Origin: Eledone cirrhosa
Taxonomy: Eukaryota
DNA: 64,000 nt
Assembly: GCA_964016885.1 (NCBI GenBank)
Contig: OZ024741.1
Location: 28,892,001 to 28,956,000, forward strand
Reading direction: 5' to 3'
The notes beneath the pieces are model-generated. The model ran no database searches and was not told where the DNA came from. It saw only the letters and a program-made list of their open reading frames with translations. A program made the position numbers and the translations under genes. Shown here piece by piece: positions 30,001 to 42,399 of the stretch (its first letter is position 1; every line of letters begins with the position of its first letter).

Positions 30001-33000
30001 AGAGTGTCTGGAGAAGATGTATCTCCTCTGTGTCTATTGTGTGGTGGTGCAGTTATAACAGTGGCACACATTGTCTCAGAGTGTCTGAAAAAGATGTATC
30101 TCCTCTGTGTCTATTGTGTAGTGGTGCAGTTATAACAGTGGCACACATTGTCTCGGAGTGTCTGGAGAAGATGTATCTCCTCTGTGTCTATTGTGTGATG
30201 GTGCAGTTATAACAGTGGCACACATTGTCTCAGAGTGTCTGGAGAAGATGTATCTCCTCTGTGTCTATTGTGTGATGGTGCAGTTATAACAGTGGCACAC
30301 ATTGTCTCAGAGTGTCTGGATAAGATGTATCTCCTCTGTGTCTATTGTGTGGTGGTGCAGTTATAACAGTGGCTCACATTGTCTCAGAGTGTCTGGAGAA
30401 GATGTATCTCTTCTGTGTCTATGGTGTGGTGGTGCAGTTATAACAGTGGCACACATTGTCTCAGAGTGTCTTGAGAAGATGTATCTCTTCTGTGTCTATT
30501 GTGTGGTGGTGCAGTTATAACAGTGGCACACATTGTCTCAGAGTGTCTGGAGAAGATGTATTTCCTTTGTGTATATATTGTGTAGTGGTGCAGTTATAAC
30601 ATTGGCACACATTGTCTCAGAGTGTCTGGAGACGATGTATCTCTTCTGTGTCTATTGTATTGTGTGGTGGTGCAGTTATAACAGTGGCACACATTGTCTC
30701 AGAGTGTCTGGAGAAGATGTATCTCTTCTGTGTCTATTGTATTGTGTGGTGGTGCAGTTATAACAGTGGCACACATTGTCTCAGAGTGTCTGGAGAAGAT
30801 GTATCTCTTCTGTGTCTAATGTGTGGTGGTGCAGTTATAACAGTGGCACACATTGTCTCAGAGTGTCTGGAGAAGATGTATCTCTTCTGTGTCTATTGTG
30901 TGGTGGTGCAGTTATAACAGTGGCACACATTGTCTCAGTGGGCCTGGAGAAGATGTATCTCCTCTGTGTCTATTGTGTGGTGGTGCAGTTATAACAGTGG
31001 CACACATTGTCTCAGAATGTCTGGAGAAGATGTATCTCCTCTGTGTCTATTGTGTGGTGGTGCAGTTATAACAGTGGCACACATTGTCTCAGAATGTCTG
31101 GAGAAGATGTATCTCTTCTGTGTCTAATGTGTGGTGGTGCAGTTATAACAGTGGCACACATTGTCTCAGAGTGCCTGGAGAAGATGTATCTCTTCTGTCT
31201 CTAATGTGTGGTGGTGCAGTTATAACAGTGGCACACATTGTCTCAGAGTGCCTGGAGAAGATGTATCTCCTCTGTGTCTATTGTGTGGTGGTGCAGTTAT
31301 AACAGTGGCACACATTGTCTCAGAGTGTCTGGAGAAGATGTATCTCCTCTGTGTCTATTGTGTGGTGGTGCAGTTATAACAGTGACACACATTGACTCAG
31401 AGTGTCTGGAGAAGATGTATCTCCTCTGTGTCTATTGTGTGGTGGTGCAGTTATAACAGTGGCACACATTGTCTCAGAGTGTCTGGAGAAGATGTATCTC
31501 CCCTGTGTCTATTGTGTGGTGGTGCAGTTATAACAGTGGCACACATTGTCTCAGAGTGTCTGGAGAAGATGTATCTCCTCTGTGTCTATTGTGTGGTGGT
31601 GCAGTTATAACAGTGGCACACATTGTCTCAGAGTGTCTGGAGAAGATGTATCTCCTCTGTGTCTATTGTGTGGTGGTGCAGTTATAACAGTGGCACACAT
31701 TGTCTCAGAGTGTCTGGAGAAGATGTATCTCCTCTGTGTCTATTGTGTGGTGGTGCAGTTATAACAGTGGCACACATTGTCTCAGAGTGTCTGGAGAAGA
31801 TGTATCTCTTCTGTGTCTATTGTGTGTTGGTGCAGTTATAACAGTGGCACACCTTGCCTCAGAGTGTCTGGAGAAGATGTATCTCCACTGTGTCTATTGT
31901 GTAGTGGTGCAGTTATAACAGTGGCATACATTGTCTCAGAGTGTCTGGAGAAGACGTTTCTCCTCTGTGTCTATTGTGTGGTGGTGCAGTTATAACAGTG
32001 GCACACATTGTCTCAGAGTGTCTGGAGAAGATGTATCTCCTCTGTGTCTATTGTGTAGTGGTGCAGTTATAACAGTGGCATACATTGTCTCAGAGTGTCT
32101 GGAGAAGATGTATCTCCTCTGTGTCTATTGTGTCGTGGTGCAGTTATAACAATGGCATACATTGTCTCAGAGTGTCTGGAGAAGATGTATCTCCTCTGTG
32201 TCTATTGTGTAGTGGTGCAGTTATAACAGTGGCATACATTGTCTCAGAGTGTCTGGAGAAGACGTTTCTCCTCTGTGTCTATTGTGTGGTGTTGCAGTTA
32301 TAACAGTGGCACACATTGTCTCAGAGTGTCTGGAGAAGATGTTTCTCCTCTGTGTCTATTGTGTGGTGGTGCAGTTATAACAGTGGCATACATTGTCTCA
32401 GAGTGTCTGGAGAAGATGTATCTCCTCTGTGTCTATTGTGTGGTGGTGCAGTTATAACAGTGGCACACATTGTCTCAGAGTGTCTGGAGAAGATGTATCT
32501 CCCCTGTGTCTATTGTGTGATGGTGCAGTTATAACAGTGGCACACATTGTCTCAGAGTGTCTGGATAAGATGTATCTCCTCTGTGTCTATTGTGTGGTGG
32601 TGCAGTTATAACAGTGGCTCACATTGTCTCAGAGTGTCTGGAGAAGATGTATCTCTTGTGTGTCTATGGTGTGGTGGTGCAGTTATAACAGTGGCACACA
32701 TTGTCTCAGAGTGTCTTGAGAAGATGTATCTCTTCTGTGTCTATTGTGTGGTGGTGCAGTTATAACAGTGGCACACATTGTCTCAGAGTGTCTGGAGAAG
32801 ATGTATTTCCTTTGTGTATATATTGTGTAGTGGTGCAGTTATAACATTGGCACACATTGTCTCAGAGTGTCTGGAGAAGATGTATCTCCTCTGTGTCTAT
32901 TGTGTGGTGGTGCAGTTATAACAGTGGCACACATTGTCTCAGAGTGTCTGGAGAAGATGTATCTCCTCTGTGTCTATTGTGTGGTGGTGCAGTTATAACA

Positions 33001-36000
33001 GTGGCACACATTGTCTCAGAGTGTCTGGAGAAGATGTATCTCTTCTGTGTCTATTGTGTGTTGGTGCAGTTATAACAGTGGCACACCTTGCCTCAGAGTG
33101 TCTGGAGAAGATGTATCTCCTCTGTGTCTATTGTGTAGTGGTGCAGTTATAACAGTGGCATACATTGTCTCAGAGTGTCTGGAGAAGACGTTTCTCCTCT
33201 GTGTCTATTGTGTGGTGGTGCAGTTATAACAGTGGCACACATTGTCTCAGAGTGTCTGGAGAAGATGTATCTCCTCTGTGTCTATTGTGTAGTGGTGCAG
33301 TTATAACAGTGGCATACATTGTCTCAGAGTGTCTGGAGAAGATGTATCTCCTCTGTGTCTATTGTGTCGTGGTGCAGTTATAACAATGGCATACATTGTC
33401 TCAGAGTGTCTGGAGAAGATGTATCTCCTCTGTGTCTATTGTGTAGTGGTGCAGTTATAACAGTGGCATACATTGTCTCAGAGTGTCTGGAGAAGACGTT
33501 TCTCCTCTGTGTCTATTGTGTGGTGTTGCAGTTATAACAGTGGCACACATTGTCTCAGAGTGTCTGGAGAAGATGTTTCTCCTCTGTGTCTATTGTGTGG
33601 TGGTGCAGTTATAACAGTGGCATACATTGTCTCAGAGTGTCTGGAGAAGATGTATCTCCTCTGTGTCTATTGTGTGGTGGTGCAGTTATAACAGTGGCAC
33701 ACATTGTCTCAGAGTGTCTGGAGAAGATGTATCTCCCCTGTGTCTATTGTGTGATGGTGCAGTTATAACAGTGGCACACATTGTCTCAGAGTGTCTGGAT
33801 AAGATGTATCTCCTCTGTGTCTATTGTGTGGTGGTGCAGTTATAACAGTGGCTCACATTGTCTCAGAGTGTCTGGAGAAGATGTATCTCTTGTGTGTCTA
33901 TGGTGTGGTGGTGCAGTTATAACAGTGGCACACATTGTCTCAGAGTGTCTTGAGAAGATGTATCTCTTCTGTGTCTATTGTGTGGTGGTGCAGTTATAAC
34001 AGTGGCACACATTGTCTCAGAGTGTCTGGAGAAGATGTATTTCCTTTGTGTATATATTGTGTAGTGGTGCAGTTATAACATTGGCACACATTGTCTCAGA
34101 GTGTCTGGAGACGATGTATCTCTTCTGTGTCTATTGTATTGTGTGGTGGTGCAGTTATAACAGTGGCACACATTGTCTCAGAGTGTCTGGAGAAGATGTA
34201 TCTCTTCTGTGTCTATTGTATTGTGTGGTGGTGCAGTTATAACAGTGGCACACATTGTCTCAGTGTGCCTGGAGAAGATGTATCTCCTCTGTGTCTATTG
34301 TGTGGTGGTGCAGTTATAACAGTGGCACACATTGTCTCAGAATGTCTGGAGAAGATGTATCTCCTCTGTGTCTATTGTGTGGTGGTGCAGTTATAACAGT
34401 GGCACACATTGTCTCAGAGTGTCTGGAGAAGATGTATCTCTTCTGTGTCTATTGTGTGGTGGTGCAGTTATAACAGTGGCACACATTGTCTCAGTGTGCC
34501 TGGAGAAGATGTATCTCCTCTGTGTCTATTGTGTGGTGGTGCAGTTATAACAGTGGCACACATTGTCTCAGAATGTCTGGAGAAGATGTATCTCCTCTGT
34601 GTCTATTGTGTGGTGGTGCAGTTATAACAGTGGCACACATTGTCTCAGAATGTCTGGAGAAGATGTATCTCTTCTGTGTCTAATGTGTGGTGGTGCAGTT
34701 ATAACAGTGGCACACATTGTCTCAGAGTGCCTGGAGAAGATGTATCTCTTCTGTCTCTAATGTGTGGTGGTGCAGTTATAACAGTGGCACACATTGTCTC
34801 AGAGTGCCTGGAGAAGATGTATCTCCTCTGTGTCTATTGTGTGGTGGTGCAGTTATAACAGTGGCACACATTGTCTCAGAATGTCTGGAGAAGATGTATC
34901 TCCTCTGTGTCTATTGTGTGGTGGTGCAGTTATAACAGTGACACACATTGTCTCAGAGTGTCTGGAGAAGATGTATCTCCTCTGTGTCTATTGTGTGGTG
35001 GTGCAGTTATAACAGTGGCACACATTGTCTCAGAGTGTCTGGAGAAGATGTATCTCCCCTGTGTCTATTGTGTGGTGGTGCAGTTATAACAGTGGCACAC
35101 ATTGTCTCAGAGTGTCTGGAGAAGATGTATCTCCTCTGTGTCTATTGTGTGGTGGTGCAGTTATAACAGTGGCACACATTGTCTCAGAGTGTCTGGAGAA
35201 GATGTATCTCCTCTGTGTCTATTGTGTGGTGGTGCAGTTATAACAGTGGCACACATTGTCTCAGAGTGTCTGGAGAAGATGTATCTCTTCTGTGTCTATT
35301 GTGTGTTGGTGCAGTTATAACAGTGGCACACATTGCCTCAGAGTGTCTGGAGAAGATGTATCTCCTCTGTGTCTATTGTGTAGTGGTGCAGTTATAACAG
35401 TGGCATACATTGTCTCAGAGTGTCTGGAGAAGACGTTTCTCCTCTGTGTCTATTGTGTGGTGGTGCAGTTATAACAGTGGCACACATTGTCTCAGAGTGT
35501 CTGGAGAAGATGTATCTCCTCTGTGTCTATTGTGTAGTGGTGCAGTTATAACAGTGGCATACATTGTCTCAGAGTGTCTGGAGAAGATGTATCTCCTCTG
35601 TGTCTATTGTGTCGTGGTGCAGTTATAACAATGGCATACATTGTCTCAGAGTGTCTGGAGAAGATGTATCTCCTCTGTGTCTATTGTGTAGTGGTGCAGT
35701 TATAACAGTGGCACACATTGTCTCAGAGTGTCTGGAGAAGATGTTTCTCCTCTGTGTCTATTGTGTGGTGGTGCAGTTATAACAGTGGCATACATTGTCT
35801 CAGAGTGTCTGGAGAAGATGTATCTCCTCTGTGTCTATTGTGTGGTGGTGCAGTTATAACAGTGGCACACATTGTCTCAGAGTGCCTGGAGAAGATGTAT
35901 CTCCTCTGTGTCTATTGTGTGGTGGTGCAGTTATAACAGTGGCACACATTGTCTCAGAATGTCTGGAGAAGATGTATCTCCTCTGTGTCTATTGTGTGGT

Positions 36001-39000
36001 GGTGCAGTTATAACAGTGACACACATTGTCTCAGAGTGTCTGGAGAAGATGTATCTCCTCTGTGTCTATTGTGTGGTGGTGCAGTTATAACAGTGGCACA
36101 CATTGTCTCAGAGTGTCTGGAGAAGATGTATCTCCCCTGTGTCTATTGTGTGGTGGTGCAGTTATAACAGTGGCACACATTGTCTCAGAGTGTCTGGAGA
36201 AGATGTATCTCCTCTGTGTCTATTGTGTGGTGGTGCAGTTATAACAGTGGCACACATTGTCTCAGAGTGTCTGGAGAAGATGTATCTCCTCTGTGTCTAT
36301 TGTGTGGTGGTGCAGTTATAACAGTGGCACACATTGTCTCAGAGTGTCTGGAGAAGATGTATCTCTTCTGTGTCTATTGTGTGTTGGTGCAGTTATAACA
36401 GTGGCACACATTGCCTCAGAGTGTCTGGAGAAGATGTATCTCCTCTGTGTCTATTGTGTAGTGGTGCAGTTATAACAGTGGCATACATTGTCTCAGAGTG
36501 TCTGGAGAAGACGTTTCTCCTCTGTGTCTATTGTGTGGTGGTGCAGTTATAACAGTGGCACACATTGTCTCAGAGTGTCTGGAGAAGATGTATCTCCTCT
36601 GTGTCTATTGTGTAGTGGTGCAGTTATAACAGTGGCACACATTGTCTCAGAGTGTCTGGAGAAGATGTATCTCCTCTGTGTCTATTGTGTCGTGGTGCAG
36701 TTATAACAATGGCATACATTGTCTCAGAGTGTCTGGAGAAGATGTATCTCCTCTGTGTCTATTGTGTAGTGGTGCAGTTATAACAGTGGCACACATTGTC
36801 TCAGAGTGTCTGGAGAAGATGTTTCTCCTCTGTGTCTATTGTGTGGTGGTGCAGTTATAACAGTGGCATACATTGTCTCAGAGTGTCTGGAGAAGATGTA
36901 TCTCCTCTGTGTCTATTGTGTGGTGGTGCAGTTATAACAGTGGCATACATTGTCTCAGAGTGTCTGGAGAAGATGTATCTCCTCTGTGTCTATTGTGTGG
37001 TGGTGCAGTTATAACAGTGGAACACATTGTCTCAGAGTGTCTGGAGAAGATGTATCTCCTCTGTGTCTATTGTGTGGTGGTGCAGTTATAACAGTGGAAC
37101 ACATTGCCTCAGAGTGTCTGGAGAAGATGTATCTCCTCTGTGTCTATTGTGTGGTGGTACAGTTATAACAGTGGCACACATTGTCTCAGAGTGTCTGAAA
37201 AAGATGTATCTCCTCTGTGTCTATTGTGTAGTGGTGCAGTTATAACAGTGGCACACATTGTCTCAGGGTGTCTGGAGAAGATGTATCTCCTCTGTGTCTA
37301 TTGTGTGATGGTGCAGTTATAACAGTGGCACACATTGTCTCAGAGTGTCTGGAGAAGATGTATCTCCCCTGTGTCTATTGTGTGATGGTGCAGTTATAAC
37401 AGTGGCACACATTGTCTCAGAGTGTCTGGATAAGATGTATCTCCTCTGTGTCTATTGTGTGGTGGTGCAGTTATAACAGTGGCTCAAATTGTCTCAGAGT
37501 GTCTGGAGAAGATGTATCTCTTCTGTGTCTATGGTGTGGTGGTGCAGTTATAACAGTGGCACACATTGTCTCAGAGTGTCTTGAGAAGATGTATCTCTTC
37601 TGTGTCTATTGTGTGGTGGTGCAGTTATAATAGTGGCACACATTGTCTCAGAGTGTCTGGAGAAGATGTATTTCCTTTGTGTATATTGTGTAGTGGTGCA
37701 GTTATAACATTGGCACACATTGTCTCAGAGTGTCTGGAGACGATGTATCTCTTCTGTGTCTATTGTATTGTGTGGTGGTGCAGTTATAACAGTGGCACAC
37801 ATTGTCTCAGAGTGTCTGGAGAAGATGTATCTCTTCTGTGTCTATTGTATTGTGTGGTGGTGCAGTTAAAACAGTGGCACACATTGTCTCAGAGTGTCTG
37901 GAGAAGATGTATCTCTTCTGTGTCTAATGTGTGGTGGTGCAGTTATAACAGTGGCACACATTGTCTCAGAGTGTCTGGAGAAGATGTATCTCTTCTGTGT
38001 CTATTGTGTGGTGGTGCAGTTATAACAGTGGCACACATTGTCTCGGAGTGTCTGGAGAAGATGTATCTCTTCTGTGTCTAATGTGTGGTGGTGCAGTTAT
38101 AACAGTGGCACACATTGTCTCAGTGTGCCTGGAGAAGATGTATCTCCTCTGTGTCTATTGTGTGGTGGTGCAGTTATAACAGTGGCACACATTGTCTCAG
38201 AATGTCTGGAGAAGATGTATCTCCTCTGTGTCTATTGTGTGGTGGTGCAGTTATAACAGTGGCACACATTGTCTCAGAATGTCTGGAGAAGATGTATCTC
38301 TTCTGTGTCTAATGTGTGGTGGTGCAGTTATAACAGTGGCACACATTGTCTCAGAGTGCCTGGAGAAGATGTATCTCTTCTGTCTCTAATGTGTGGTGGT
38401 GCAGTTATAACAGTGGCACACATTGTCTCAGAGTGCCTGGAGAAGATGTATCTCCTCTTTGTCTATTGTGTGGTGGTGCAGTTATAACAGTGGCACACAT
38501 TGTCTCAGAATGTCTGGAGAAGATGTATCTCCTCTGTGTCTATTGTGTGGTGGTGCAGTTATAACAGTGACACACATTGTCTCAGAGTGTCTGGAGAAGA
38601 TGTATCTCCTCTGTGTCTATTGTGTGGTGGTGCAGTTATAACAGTGGCACACATTGTCTCAGAGTGTCTGGAGAAGATGTATCTCTTCTGTGTCTATTGT
38701 GTGTTGGTGCAGTTATAACAGTGGCACACATTGTCTCAGAGTGTCTGGAGAAGACGTATCTCTTCTGTGTCTATTGTGTGGTGGTGCAGTTATAACAGTG
38801 GCACACATTGTCTCAGAGTGTCTTGAGAAGATGTATCTCTTCTGTGTCTATTGTGTGGTGGTGCAGTTATAACAGTGGCATACATTGTCTCAGAGTGTCT
38901 GGAGAAGATGTATTTCCTTTGTGTATATTGTGTGGTGGTGCAGTTATAACAGTGGCACACATTGTCTCAGAATGTCTGGAGAAGATGTATTTCCTTTGTG

Positions 39001-39897
39001 TATATTGTGTAGTGGTGCAGTTATAACAGTGGCACACATTATCTCAGAGTGTCTGGAGAAGGTGTATCTCCTCTGTGTCTATTGTGTGGTGGTGCAGTTA
39101 TAACATTGGCACACATTGTCTCAGAGTGTCTGGAGAAGATGTTTCTCCTCTGTGTCTATTGTGTAGTGATGCAGTTATAACCGTGGCACACATTGTCTCA
39201 GAGTGTCTGGATAAGATGTATCTCCTCTGTGTCTATTGTGTGGTGGTGCAGTTATAACAGTGGCACACATTGTCTCAGAGTGTCTGGAGAAGATGTATCT
39301 CCTCTGTGTCTATTGTGTGGTGGTGCAGTTATAACAGTGGTACACATTGTCTCAGAGTGTCTGAAGAATATGTATCTCCTCTGTGTCTATTGTGTGGTGG
39401 TGCAGTTATAACAGTGGCACACATTGTCTCAGAGTGTCTGGAGAAGATGTATCTCCTCTGTGTCTATTGTGTGGTGGTGCAGTTATAACAGTGGTACACA
39501 TTGTCTCAGAGTGTCTGGAGAAGATGTATCTCCTCTGTGTCTATTGTGTGGTGGTGCAGTTATAACAGTGGCACACATTGTCTCAGAGTGTCTGGAGAAG
39601 ATGTATCTCCTCTGTGTCTATTGTGTGGTGGTGCAGTTATAACAGTGGCACACATTGTCACAGAGTGTCTGGAGATGTATCTCCTCTGTGTCTATTGTGT
39701 AGTGGTGCAGTTATAACAGTGGCATACATTGTCTCAGAGTGTCTGGAGAAGATGTATCTCCTCTGTGTCTATTGTGTAGTGGTGCAGTTATAACAGTGGC
39801 ATAGATTGTCTCAGAGTGTCTGGAGAAGATGTATCTCCTCTGTGTCTATTGTGTAGTGGTGCAGTTATAACAGTGGCACACATTGTCACAGAGTGTC
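1..39897 (+). repeat. 77-bp satellite array (about 516-518 monomers) with higher-order structure; open at the left window edge
   Basis: Consensus TTGTCTCAGAGTGTCTGGAGAAGATGTATCTCCTCTGTGTCTATTGTGTGGTGGTGCAGTTATAACAGTGGCACACA (77 nt, 45% GC, no CpG) repeated head-to-tail; ORF-track starts recur every 77 nt. Variants include +5 (ATTGT) and +2 (TA or TG) insertions and one 3-nt deletion near 39673. The array ends at GAGTGTC|CTAAAC (39897). Confidence 0.99.
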
Positions 39898-40690
39898 CTA
39901 AACTTGTTCAGAATGAATATAAGAAGGGGAGACATGATAATTGTTTCTCCATTTGGCACAAGGCCAACAATAACTCAATGCATTACTGGTACATTATTTT
40001 ATCGCCCCCGTAAAGATGAAAGGCAAAGTTAACCTCGGCGGGATTTGAACTCAGAATGGCAAGGGTCGTAACTCTATGAGAGTTTTTACTTTTGGCACAA
40101 GGCCATCAATTACCCCAGTGCATCAGTGGTCCTTTATTTAATCGTAACGATGAAAGGCAAAGTTAACCTCGGCGAATTTGAAATCAGAACGTAAAGGGAC
40201 GTAACTATGCTGCAAAGCATGGTGTCTGACGCTCTACCGATACTGCCAAACGACCTGCCAAACAAAGGTGAGACATGATAATGTGACGAAAGTAATCCAC
40301 TGGAAACTGTGAGAAGGAAAACCTGGGAAAATATTGGAGTGAGAAGACTGCAATATTTCATGAGGTTGGCCCATACAAACCGATAAAAGACTAGATCAAA
40401 TAGACCAGACATCACTGTACTCGTGTCAGTTGATAGATCCAGCTTGTCTATTTAATACTCACATAGAAGAATAAGAAGACTACAAATTACGGCCACATGA
40501 AGTATGGAATATCAAGAATAGGGAAGATGAAAAAGGTGGAAGTGACACCAGTTGTTGTCACCTTAGGGACGATCACAAAGAATTTTGAAGGATTGATAAA
40601 AATACCAACTAAAATTGAATCTTACAGTAGAATGTTACAGAAACCACGTTTGTTTGGAACGCCTTTAATAGAAACAAACTAAAGAGAAGG
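39820..40690 (+). mobile_element. Decayed 3' part (CCHC knuckle + restriction-like endonuclease) of an R4/Dong/NeSL-type non-LTR retrotransposon; donor of the satellite
   Basis: Manual translation across the SINE insertion: SPLCLLCSGAVITVAHIVTECPKLVQNEYKKGRHDN / VTKVIHWKL* ... KPGKILE*EDC ... PIQTDKRLD / NRPDITVL ... LIDPACLFNTHIEE ... KYGISRIGKMKKVEVTPVVVTLGTITKNF ... LQKPRLFGT. This matches the CxxC-H-C, RHD, RPD, D-P and LG..LQK motif order of RLE elements, with stops and frameshifts. Confidence 0.88.
39942..40269 (-). mobile_element. Two tandem copies of a tRNA-derived SINE (family A), one near full length and one 5'-truncated, inside one TSD
   Basis: TTTGGCACAAGGCC...GATGAAAGGCAAAGTTAACCTCGGCG occurs twice. 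The 13-bp direct repeat GAGACATGATAAT flanks the pair at 39929-39941 and 40270-40282. Confidence 0.88.
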
Positions 40691-40815
40691 AAAGAACGTG
40701 ATTATACATAGACCCCTGGATTCCACCCCCTATTATTGGGGACCTTAGAGTTCAGCATGTATAGAGATAAAGGTGAACACACACAGACACTTTCGGAAGT
40801 AGTAATATGTAAAGA

Positions 40816-40819
40816 CACG

Positions 40820-40884
<65 letters not shown>

Positions 40885-40914
40885 ACGCACATACACACAC
40901 ATACACACACCCAT

Positions 40915-40953
<39 letters not shown>

Positions 40954-40967
40954 CATACACACACACA
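40816..40967. repeat. (CA)n compound microsatellite
   Basis: Visible directly. Confidence 0.95.
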
Positions 40968-41916
40968 TGCATAGAAAAAAAAGAGAAAATAAAATAACAT
41001 TGAACAAACCGGAAAGAAGGAGTTGACACAGTAATATATTAGAGTCAGTCTTCATGTATCCATATCCGATATAAGATACAAGATGCTGTGGTGCAGAGTT
41101 CAATGCAACACTAATGATACTAAAGTAACAATTGTATTTACTATACATATTACTGTGGTGAGGGTCACTCTCTTGGCCTTCATGAGAGTTTTAGGTTGAT
41201 TATGATATAAATATGCATGTGTATGTATATATGTTTCTATGTTTGTATGTACAATGCTTAGAGAATTTTTCATCTATCATTTAAGGGCTCCATTTACGTT
41301 ACAAATATGTCGAAATTATCTTTTCTGTTCCCTTTAGAAGTGTGTTTTATTTTTATTAGATATTGTTCAATTATTTTTATATAATGTCAATGGACTTTCA
41401 TGACTTTTTGAGATTTTGTATATTGAATAAATGAGGAATTTCCATTCACTAATAACTCTCCTTATTATTTGAAAATAAAATATGCTTTAACCTTCACTTG
41501 AAACATTAATCTTGATAGATATTTTATTAAATCCCTGTTTTTACATTTTTTTTGTTATATATTAAGCAACCTCCGAAAACAGATCCGTAATGTATTATCT
41601 TTTTAGATGTTCGTCTGTGTTTATGCTCATCTCACCCATCATGCTTTAAATATCATTTTTTCTATTTATCACTATACTTTCATCCCTTCTCTTTTTTTTA
41701 CGTATATTCATCACCGACTTTCTATTTTATGTAGCTATCGCATTTCCGCTACCACCACAGTGGCGGCTTAAACTGAATATATCGCCATGAACAGTTCTGA
41801 TAAATTTAGGCTACTTTTCAATTTGTCCAGCGCCGACCAATTTTTCAGTGCCTATAAATCTGTTAGATGCGAAAAGACGTGCAGTTTTAAGGATTAAGAA
41901 GAATGCAGAGGTGATG

Positions 41917-41918
<2 letters not shown>

Positions 41919-41976
<58 letters not shown>
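41919..41976. repeat. (GT)n microsatellite
   Basis: Visible directly. Confidence 0.95.
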
Positions 41977-41983
<7 letters not shown>

Positions 41984-42047
41984 GGAGAGGGAGAGAGGGA
42001 TATATATATATAGGAAAAAGTTTAACCCCGACGGCAGAGCTCAAGCC

Positions 42048-42088
42048 GTTTCGACGGCTATTTCTGGACCAGAAATAGCCGTCGAAAC
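42048..42088. repeat. Perfect palindrome with 20-bp arms, within a dispersed repeat
   Basis: GTTTCGACGGCTATTTCTGG-A-CCAGAAATAGCCGTCGAAAC; 42012-42068 recurs inverted at about 57400-57456. Confidence 0.9.
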
Positions 42089-42152
42089 TACCCTAAGTAT
42101 TGAGTACTTTGGTGCGTTATGGTCCATCTGGTTCCTTACCACATTTCCTTCG

Positions 42153-42273
<121 letters not shown>

Positions 42274-42399
42274 TGAATCTATATCCATAAATATTTCCCC
42301 TGTCTATAGAAACTCAAGCCTTATATGATGAAGTGACCAGCGCGTATAATTCCTCATAGACAAGCCATAAATAAAGCAAAGACAGTGAATGAGTAACAT

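Noticed and set aside
69-39793. Hundreds of 60-171 aa Cys-rich ORFs as a tandem gene family
   Set aside because: They are translations of a 77-bp repeat that is not a multiple of 3; each cycles through the three frames, stops at a recurring TAA, and mostly starts at TTG.
1-39897. CRISPR array
   Set aside because: Monomers are contiguous with no unique spacers, there are no cas genes, and the context is eukaryotic.
1-39897. C2H2 zinc-finger gene array or a ribozyme-bearing satellite
   Set aside because: C2H2 repeats are 84 bp, in frame, with TGEKP linkers. This unit is 77 bp with CCHC spacing and has no CUGANGA/GAAA core.
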